Below are positions 9,766 to 18,333 of a stretch of DNA of 18,333 nt, piece by piece. Below the pieces are notes generated by a model, which was not told where the DNA came from, did no database searches, and worked only from the letters and a program-made list of their open reading frames with translations. Position 1 is the stretch's first letter; every line of letters starts with the position of its first letter. The stretch spans positions 1-18,333 of the forward strand of contig NW_021825196.1 of the NCBI RefSeq assembly GCF_006345805.1. Direction: 5' to 3'. Made by a program: the position numbers and the translations under genes. The DNA comes from Octopus sinensis (lineage: Eukaryota).

Positions 9766-9969
9766 TTGTGTGGCTACACACACACACACAGACACACGAC
9801 AAACCATGGACGGGTGTCAATTGATTATAGCCGTTTTCAACGAATTTTTTAATTGGTTAATGAATACACTATAGCATTCTAAACAACCGTTTTCTTCAGA
9901 TGAATACACGAACTATACAGTTAAGGACATTTAAAAAAAATTGTTAATCCACGGTTTGTGTATATTTTA

Positions 9970-10116
9970 TGATTCCACCATCATTTCACTCACAACGCTT
10001 CGGTCTGTCCAGGACTATAGTACAAGACACCTGATCAATGTACCACACAGGCGGTTTGAACCCGAAACTAAATGACTGCATAGGAAAATTCTTAACGATA
10101 CAGCTAAGCTGGTGCT
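9970..10116 (-). mobile_element. Diverged 5' (tRNA head) fragment of SINE family D
   Basis: The reverse complement (gcaccagcttagctgtatcgttaag...cgggttcaaaccgcctgtgtggtacattgatcaggtgtcttgtactatagtcctggacagaccgaagcgttgtgagtg) is colinear with 14721-14850. Confidence 0.75.
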
Positions 10117-10584
10117 TCTACAGATTCTTGTAAAGGTTAAAAACCTGGTTCCTATCGACCAAATACGAGAATTGCTTTAAATGTCAAGAATTCTCTTCTT
10201 TCTCTCTCCCGCTCCCCGCCCTCTCTCTCTCTCTCTCTCTTTCCATGCCATAACAATTTGTACAGATTTATGGAACTTAAGTCCAAAACATACAACCACG
10301 ACCTATGGTTGCATTATGGTTTATACTTTCGTATTTGCTGGCCAATAAGATGCACGAGTGCAAAGGACGCACCCTATCCTAGGCTATACTTTTGTAAAAT
10401 AAATTACCACTAAAATAATGTTCTAATTCCTCCCCTTACCTGTATGACTTTATGTTATTACCGGTAATTATAAGCAATTTATTGCATTCACATTCGATAT
10501 AAACATACCGTAGGCGATTGTTCACCAATAGATAGCAGCACACGTTTTGTAAATATATATACCGTTTTGAGCGAGTTTTGAGCT

Positions 10585-10676
10585 GCCAACACCACAATCT
10601 CCACCACCGCCAACACCACAAGCCCCATCACCGCCAACACCACAAGCCCCATCACCGCCAACACCACAAGCGTCAC
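10585..10676 (+). repeat. 24-bp minisatellite, about 3.8 copies (GCCAACACCACAAGCCCCATCACC)
   Basis: Units start at 10585, 10609, 10633 and 10657; units 2 and 3 are identical. Confidence 0.95.
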
Positions 10677-11434
10677 AGAAAATTATATTTTTATCTTAGC
10701 TAAGAAACTAAAATGATTCAAGTGTCAGACGTCATCACGATTTCTACACTTTCGAGAGACTATAGAATGGATCATTTTGCTTTTCTTTTTCGTAAACTTT
10801 CGAGAGAATACGTCTTCTTTGGAACTGGATCTCGAAGTACATAATGTGTGTGTGTGTCTGTGTGTGTGTATTTTCAAGCTGATCTAGTGACCTATTATTC
10901 AAGGACAATATAAATACTCCACTTCATTAAAACTAATGTGCATACATTGTGTGTATGTATATATACGTCTGCGTATGTTTATGGACATATGTATTTGTGT
11001 GTGTGTATAAATATACATACATGCACACATTCATTCATATTTGTATACGCGTGTATCTGAATGAGAGTGTATGAATGTGTGTGAGGACATATATATACAC
11101 TCCGTGTTTACTTGACCTGTTTTCTATTCTTTCTCTCTTTGTTTACGTATTTAACTCGTTTGTCTACGCATTTCTTGTTGTTCACACAATTGGTGACGTC
11201 CTGTACCCATATATACATACATATATATATATATAATATAAAGGGAGAGTTTACGAAAAAAAACCCAAAAGACGAAGACAGGTGGTGTACAAAACAAACA
11301 GATGTATTAGTATAACGCTCAGGAATAGAAAAAGTCTTTTACGTTTCGAACTTACGCTCTTCTACAGAAAGGGACACAGAAAAAACAAGGAGAGAAGAAA
11401 ATGTGTGTAGTGGCTAACGATCTATCATGGCGAT

Positions 11435-11455
11435 GCATATATATATTTAAACATT

Positions 11456-11492
<37 letters not shown>

Positions 11493-11539
11493 TTACTATG
11501 TATACATTATTTTTATTATCATTATTATTATGATTATTA

Positions 11540-11573
<34 letters not shown>

Positions 11574-11620
11574 TTATGTAATATATTATATATATAATGT
11601 ATAGATATTTGTATATACAG
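11435..11620. repeat. (TA)n + (TTA)n microsatellite
   Basis: Direct reading. Confidence 0.93.
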
Positions 11621-11891
11621 CCACGTCTACTTCGCATAACTGTTGACTCATTTGATCAATAAACGACCCGATCCCCACCCCACCACTTATATCCAAGCCT
11701 AATTGTAATTAAGCAAATGACATAACTTCATTATTTATTTAGTTTTAACATTTTAATTATTTTTCTGTCGCATTTCTAAAATTTTACCGTTTGACAATCT
11801 TTAAATTTCATGCATAGAGGGCGTTAGTGTACGTCTACCGCTCTTCTCTTCAGTTGTTTTTTTATTATTATTTTCTTTGCTGATTCTTTTA

Positions 11892-11935
<44 letters not shown>

Positions 11936-12085
11936 TAGTAGTAGTAGTTTTGGGGAAGTGGTGGTGCTTGTGTTGGCGTTGGAGGTGGTGAAAGTGATGT
12001 TGTAGGTAGTGGTGGAGCTTGCGGTGTTGGCGGCGGTGACGCTTGTGGTGTCGCACTCACACACACATACACATGCACACACACA

Positions 12086-12124
<39 letters not shown>

Positions 12125-12160
12125 ACGCGCGCACACACAAGCACACACAAGCACTCATAT
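11892..12160. repeat. (GCA)n-(GTA)n, GGT-rich low complexity and (CA)n compound array
   Basis: Direct reading. It includes inverted copies of the 10585 minisatellite unit at about 11960-12052. Confidence 0.9.
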
Positions 12161-12359
12161 GTGTATTAATGACGTTGTAGGAATTTATACACTTTAAGAA
12201 AGTATGGAATAATTCTCGTTTGGAACGTTTGAACTTGAAGCATATAAGCTATAAATGATAGTATTGGGTAAAAAAAACACTGTGGATTGAAAATATTCTC
12301 TGTCTGTCTGTTTGATTCTCTCTCTCTTCCTTTCTCTCTCTTTCTTTCTCCCTCTTCCC

Positions 12360-12397
<38 letters not shown>

Positions 12398-12614
12398 CCC
12401 CCTCTCTCTCTCTACGTCTGTCCGTATCTCTATATCTATATATGTGCGTGCGTGAGTGTGAAAACAGATGCAGTCATTCTCCGTCCCTTGCTAGCATTGA
12501 CATATAAATACCCTACAGAATTGTTCCGTTGATGTCATCAGGGCCAAGCGATACCTTTCACTCAGTGTATTGGACAACCTTTCAGTAATATAGTAGCAGC
12601 CATATTTCTAACGC

Positions 12615-13011
12615 CTACACACACGCACACACATACTCACACACACACACACACACACGTGGGCACACACATGTGCACACACATACACATCTATGACATA
12701 GTCTTACGTTGCATTGTTCAATGTATATATGTACATATACATATATACATACCCCCCCCACACATGCAAACGTACACACACACATACATAATACATATGT
12801 ATATATATATATATATATATAGCTATATATACATATACATACATATATATATATGTACATATATATATATATATATATATTACACATATATACATATATA
12901 TATATGTACATATATATATATATATATACATATATACAATACACACACCCACACATACATACTACATATTATATTTATATATGTATAATACACATCTATA
13001 TATATACATAC

Positions 13012-13087
<76 letters not shown>

Positions 13088-13152
13088 CACATATATATAT
13101 ATACATATATGTATATATATATACATACATATATATATAGATATATATATAT

Positions 13153-13191
<39 letters not shown>

Positions 13192-13245
13192 TAGATATAA
13201 AATATATGTACACACACACACACACACACAGGCACACACACATGC
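12615..13245. repeat. (CA)/(TA)n dinucleotide mosaic, about 630 bp
   Basis: Direct reading. Confidence 0.96.
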
Positions 13246-13284
13246 AACCCGTATTATTTAAATACCAATTCCTTTTGTACTTAG

Positions 13285-13324
13285 GATGACAAATTGTGGT
13301 GGCGCAGAGAACAAGGAATATAAA
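13285..13324 (+). other. Candidate 40-nt spliced micro-exon (G + ATG...[16 protein letters not shown])
   Basis: Pyrimidine-rich acceptor ttccttttgtacttAG (AG 13283-84) and consensus donor AAA|GTAAGC (13325-30). Only one frame is open, and no homology is recognised. Confidence 0.3.
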
Positions 13325-13559
13325 GTAAGCCGGTGATTTGAGAGAAACGGCAGAATTGGCTAACCAAAAGCTTTACCGTTATTTATTATTGTCCCTTTAG
13401 GTTTCCTTTTCAAATAATGCCAAAATCGAGATTACCTTTTATTCTCCCTGGGGTCGCAAGAATTAAGTAGAGGCAACATATTATATCACGATGTTATTAT
13501 AACCAATCGATTATGCGTTTCAGGAAAAACACCATTTACTTCGTACCAAAGGGAGAGAT

Positions 13560-13625
13560 CGATATTATATATATGTAGATATATGTTTATGTATATATGT
13601 GTATATCTATCTATGTCTACGTCTA

Positions 13626-13683
<58 letters not shown>

Positions 13684-13821
13684 ACTAACTATCTATTGGT
13701 GTTGCTGTGGTTGTTGTTGTTGTTGTTGTTGCTGCTTCTGCTGCTGCTGTGACAGCGAAGGTGAATTATTGGACCTTATGAGACTTCACTATAAAGACTG
13801 ACCACACTACTGATATCTATA

Positions 13822-13863
<42 letters not shown>

Positions 13864-13880
13864 AATATATGCTTCTGTGT
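13560..13880. repeat. (TA), (CTAT)n, (GTT)/(GCT)n and (GT)n arrays
   Basis: Direct reading. Confidence 0.92.
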
Positions 13881-14338
13881 ATGTGTGCATATCTTTCACT
13901 AATCTTTATTTAATCTTTGCGCAGTCTCTCTTTGACCACAAATCGCGAACCTTACTAAATGAACGTTATTTTTCTACTAAGCGACACAAAAGCACAAAAC
14001 GGAAGTAAACAGAATTTCTTAACTGTACTCACGCACGAAATACATAGGTTTCAGTGCGATAGACCATCACATGACAGCCAATATTTTCTTATGTTCAATG
14101 TTCGAACTACAAGGTGACCATTTTAAACCTTGGACTTAAAGATTGTTGTCATATTTTGTGACTATTATAATATTCTTTATTTTATTATTTTATTTCTTTT
14201 GGTAAAACATTACACAGCTGTCTGTATTGATTTCCTGTATACACATTACCGATTCGCTAAATCATCCATAGAATTGAAAGTTGAATATGTCTGTATACTG
14301 ACAGAGAATTCAGTCCAGAATGAATCGATGTGGAGTAG

Positions 14339-14391
14339 TCCTTACTGATGAGGTATTGGAGACTGCCGAAACTGACTGATCAGTATAGGGA
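14339..14391 (+). ncRNA. Type I hammerhead ribozyme motif (predicted cleavage 3' of A14385)
   Basis: Folded by hand. Stem I: TCCTTA 14339-44 / TAGGGA 14386-91 (6 bp, one G.U). Core: CTGATGA 14345-51. Stem II: GGTA 14352-55 / TGCC 14364-67 with loop TTGGAGAC. GAAA 14368-71. Stem III: CTGA 14372-75 / TCAG 14380-83 with loop CTGA. NUH triplet GTA 14383-85. Distal stem I extension: AATCGA 14323-28 / TCGATT 14396-401. Confidence 0.88.
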
Positions 14392-14564
14392 ATTTTCGAT
14401 TGGTGTTTTCGGACAATTATGGTGTCTGTCATTATATATGTATTCAATTATGTGTTGTGATACAACATTAGCTCATTTTAGCTCTTATTTCTAGCAATGT
14501 AGTTGTTTCTGTCACCCGTAGTCATATCTAGGGACAATAATGGTTTCGTTTGTGGTAAAGTATT

Positions 14565-14645
14565 GCACACATACATTTACATACACACACACACACACAC
14601 ACTTATATATGCGTACATACATACATACATTCATACATACATACA

Positions 14646-14677
<32 letters not shown>

Positions 14678-14720
14678 CGTATATATATGTGTGTGTATAT
14701 ATATATACACATATATATAT
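14565..14720. repeat. (CA)/(TACA)/(TA) microsatellite
   Basis: Direct reading. Confidence 0.93.
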
Positions 14721-15124
14721 GGTGCAGGAGGAGCTGTGTGGTAAGTAGCTTGCTACCAACCGCATGATCTCGGGTTCAGTCCCACTGTATGGCACTTTGG
14801 GTAAGGGCCTTCTACTATAGTCTCGGGCCGACCAAAGTCTTGCGAGTGGATATGGTAGATGGAAAATGAAAGAAGCTCGTCGTGTGTGTGTGTGTGTGTG
14901 TGCGTTTGTGCATCTGTGTTTGTTCTCCCCCTCCCCAATATCGCTTGGCAACTGATGCTGGTGTGGTTACGCCCCCGTAATTTAGCGGCTCAGAAAAAGA
15001 GACCGATACACTAATTACTACGCTTACAAAGAATAAGTCCTGGGGAACGATTTGTTCGGCTAAAGGCGGTGCTCCAGCATGGCCGCAGTGAAACAACTGA
15101 AACAAATAAAAGAGTAAAAGAATA
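14721..15124 (+). mobile_element. Full-length tRNA-derived SINE, family D (octopus-type, internal (TG)n, AAAAGAG-type tail)
   Basis: tRNA-like head ggtgcaggaggagctgtgtggtaag with B-box-like GGTTCAGTCCC (14773-83). Internal (GT)n at 14882-14905. Tail ggcggtgctccagcatggccgcag...gaaacaaataaaagagtaaaagaata. TA repeats on both sides; second head copy at 9970-10116. Confidence 0.9.
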
Positions 15125-15277
15125 TATTTACATATATATATATATATATATATAACATAAAGTTATGGGTGTATACATACAAGCACAGACCCTAAAATAC
15201 ATAAATCCTGCGTTTCTGGGTTATTTTACCTGACGCAAATAATTCTTTGGCTGATTTGAAAATTCAATCAATGAACC

Positions 15278-15358
15278 ACACAACAACAACGACAATAACA
15301 ACAACAACAGCAGCAGCAGCAACAACAATAACAACAGTAGCAGCAGCAGCAGCACCAC

Positions 15359-15390
<32 letters not shown>

Positions 15391-15642
15391 CAACAATAAC
15401 AATAACAACAACAACGACAACAACAACAACAATAAATAATAGAATAATAATAATAATAATAATAGTAATAATAATAATAATAATAGTAATAATAATAATA
15501 ATAATAGTAATAATAATGATAATAATAACAACAACAGCAACAACAACAACAACAACAACAACAATAATAATAATAATAATAATAATAGTAGTAATACTAA
15601 AATAATAATATAATAATAATCAACAATAATAATATATTAGTA

Positions 15643-15691
<49 letters not shown>

Positions 15692-15692
15692 T
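15278..15692. repeat. (AAC)/(AGC)/(ACC)/(AAT)n compound trinucleotide array
   Basis: Direct reading. Confidence 0.96.
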
Positions 15693-15794
15693 CCTATATT
15701 TTGAAGCACAACCCTAATAACGTCTCCACACATAAACACATTCATTCAGATCAGTATTTCCAACAAAGAAAACGGTTCTTAACAATCAACAGAG

Positions 15795-16105
15795 GCATCG
15801 TCATCATCATCATCGTCAACACCACCATCACAACCATCATCATCGTCAGTAGCAAAATCATCACCATCACTGTCATCATCATCATCGTCGTCATCAGCAT
15901 TACCATTTTCATCAGCGCCATTAACTCCCACGCCCAACAGCAACACTCCCCTCATCACCCCCCCCCACAATATCATCATGATCATGATCATCATCATCCT
16001 CTCCTCCTGCTCAACACCACCATTTTCATCATCAGCATCACCACCACCACTACCAGCACGACGACCACCAACACCACTATCATCATCATCATCATCATCA
16101 TCATC

Positions 16106-16136
<31 letters not shown>

Positions 16137-16170
16137 GTCATCGTCATCATCACCATCAACATCATCATGA
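15795..16170. repeat. (CAT)/(CAC) compound trinucleotide low-complexity block
   Basis: Direct reading. Confidence 0.93.
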
Positions 16171-16529
16171 AGTAACAACAAAGAATTAACACTAACCTCT
16201 TTGTCCTCTCTTTCTCTCTCTCTTTATCTCCTTCTCCTTTCCCTTCCCCTCCCACTCTCTCCCACACTCTCTCCTTTTCTCCTTTCTCTCCTTTTTCTCT
16301 CTCCTCCATTGTTATCCTACTTTTCTTGTGGGTGTTCTCAATCGGCAGTCATGTGTGTTAAATTGCCTGGACATAATTCCGAACGGGTCCCTCCTCCAGT
16401 GAGAGGGGTCAGTCACAATGGCGACTCACACAAGAGGAAGGGAACACAACGACTGGCAAAGATCGCATTTCAATGTTTGCTCTAATTCGATTTAACATCG
16501 TTCATTTTATTTATATTTTGGTGATAGAT

Positions 16530-17610
16530 CTCCGTCTGACTCCCCACCCCCGCCTCTCCCTCGCCCCACCTCCAACTCCTACTCCCCACATCCCTCTCCT
16601 TACCTCTCCCGTCTCTCCTCTTCTCTCTCTCTCTCCCAGCCCCTCTCTCCCTTCTCTCCTCGTTCTTCCCACCATCTTGTATGTTTCCCTCTTTTTCTTC
16701 TCCTTTTCTGACTTCCTTCACCTCTCCCTCTTTCTCTCCAGCCACCCTTCATTCCCTCCTCACCAGCTTTTCCTCTCTCTCTCTCTCTGAATTTTACCTT
16801 CTCTCTTTCCACCTCTCTCTGACTCTTTCACATTTCTTTCTCTTCCTCTCACTCTATCTCTCACTATCTTTCTTTCCCTCCCTCTGACCCTCTCACCTCT
16901 CTCTCTTTTCCTCCTTCCTTTCTTCCTTCTTCCTCCCTCTCCCCTACTCTCTCATTTTCTCATCTCCCTCCTCTCCCCTCTCCCCTTTCTCCTTCCGCTT
17001 TACTTCTGTCTCAGTAACACACTCTCTTCCCCATTCTCTCCCTCTCACTCTACGTTCCCCTCATCCTCTGACTCTCTATTTGTCTCTCTCTCTCTCAACT
17101 TCTCTCCCCATTTCATTCTCTCTATCTTGACAATTCTCTCCCATCCCCTCCCCCTTATAACATCCCGCTCTCTCTAACAGAATCACACGCAAACCCTTGC
17201 TCTCTTCCTCTTTCTTTCCCTCTTTCTTCTCTCTCACAAAAGCACTGTCTCCATCTCTCTAATTCTCTCCCTTTACTGCACTCTCCCATCCAACGCCATT
17301 CTCCATATCTCCATGATACTCTCCTTACACTCACACTTTATCCTTATAACTCTCACTCACCTCCCCTTCATCTTACACGCTTTATATCGCTACGGCTTGC
17401 TCTCCCCCTTTCCCTCGGTCTAATTCTCTATCTCTCTGCATCTCTCTCTCTCTTACTCTCTCAATACAGTTGCTCCTGCTTTCTTCCGTAACACAACTCT
17501 CTGCTCACATCTTCCCCACTTCTCTTTCTTTCTCATTCATTCATATTACCTTTACTGCCCCCTCTCACTCTTTCTCCCCCCTCTCTATGACATTGGTGTC
17601 TTTCTCACAT
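16530..17610. repeat. Degenerate polypyrimidine (CT-rich) tract of about 1.1 kb
   Basis: Very few G residues on the + strand. A shorter tract lies at 16196-16325. Confidence 0.93.
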
Positions 17611-17654
17611 TCTTTATATTTTTTTTATATGTTATGCCCGTCTGTGTGCATTGG

Positions 17655-18023
17655 TGTATATAATATATATATATGCTGTTTGGGTCCTATTCATACATAT
17701 GAAATATATATTTATCTATACACATGTATATATATATAGATATATATATATGTATTATTATATTATATGGATATATATATATATTGTATATACATATATA
17801 GATATATAATATAGATAATCTATATATATATATATGATATATATATATACATATATTTAATATATATATATATATATAGATATATATATATATAGATTAT
17901 ATACATATTATATATACATACATATATGTATATTTATAGTGGCTCTCTTTCAGGTCTTCTTCGTCGGCGTATTTCTCGTGTGAGTGTATGTATGTATATA
18001 TGTGTATGCGTCTGGGAGAAAAT

Positions 18024-18071
<48 letters not shown>

Positions 18072-18075
18072 TGAC
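17655..18075. repeat. (TA)n mosaic and (GA)n
   Basis: Direct reading. Confidence 0.92.
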
Positions 18076-18333
18076 AGACCTCCCCTCCACTCAGAGATAA
18101 AACACACACACATGAAGGGACGAAAGAGTGTATATATAGAGTATTAGTGTGTCACAGACGCTATTTGTTGGAGGGAGTTTATTGTGAAATGTGCCAGCCG
18201 ACACATTACTCATTATATTTATATATGTATGAATGTATATGTGTACGCATCTATTTATGTATGCATTTCTAGGTGAACGAAGAATCCGAAAGAACGTTCG
18301 CCTTGTTGTAAAATAGGGATCTCCTTCCTGAAT

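Noticed and set aside
10430-10520. Minus-strand donor-like sites CAG|GTAAGG and ACG|GTATGT
   Set aside because: No convincing matching acceptor or recognisable peptide.
10585-10676. 24-bp tandem repeat as a CRISPR array or coding repeat
   Set aside because: There are no unique spacers and the context is eukaryotic. The ORFs over it are short and unsupported.
10725-10810. TGATGA/GAAA words on the minus strand and a 12-bp direct repeat ACTTTCGAGAGA (10748, 10796)
   Set aside because: The C of CUGAUGA is missing and no helices form. A two-copy 12-mer is too weak to interpret, and it is not CRISPR-like.
12505-12550. Minus-strand CTGATGAC-atcaac-GGAAC, a hammerhead-like core
   Set aside because: GAAC replaces GAAA, the closing pair is inverted, and no stem I or stem III partner can be formed.
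16330-16490. Unique island within the CT tract as an exon
   Set aside because: Splice signals are weak and no frame yields a recognisable peptide.
1-18333. Conserved bilaterian or mollusc miRNA hairpins
   Set aside because: By-eye comparison with the mature sequences I remember found no match. A miRBase/MirGeneDB search is needed to exclude lineage-specific miRNAs.

Overview
Non-coding eukaryotic DNA that is very rich in microsatellites. Its dispersed repeats look like the tRNA-derived SINEs I recall from octopus genomes; the taxon is an inference. No protein-coding gene can be called with confidence, and nearly all listed ORFs are translations of simple repeats. The window contains several tRNA-headed SINE copies or fragments from about four families, a diverged direct repeat of about 270 bp (3533-3800 / 4902-5138), long (AAT)n, (TTC)n, (AT/AC)n, (CTAT)n and GGT/GAT arrays, and a polypyrimidine tract of about 1 kb. 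The most notable signal is a complete type I hammerhead ribozyme on the + strand at 14339-14391. It has a CUGAUGA core, GAAA, three closable stems, a GUA cleavage triplet and an extended stem I to 14323-14401. It sits in unique sequence with no recognisable Penelope ORF nearby. Other points of interest are an apparently chimeric SINE, an inverted SINE pair, an inverted 24-bp minisatellite pair and a candidate 40-nt micro-exon.
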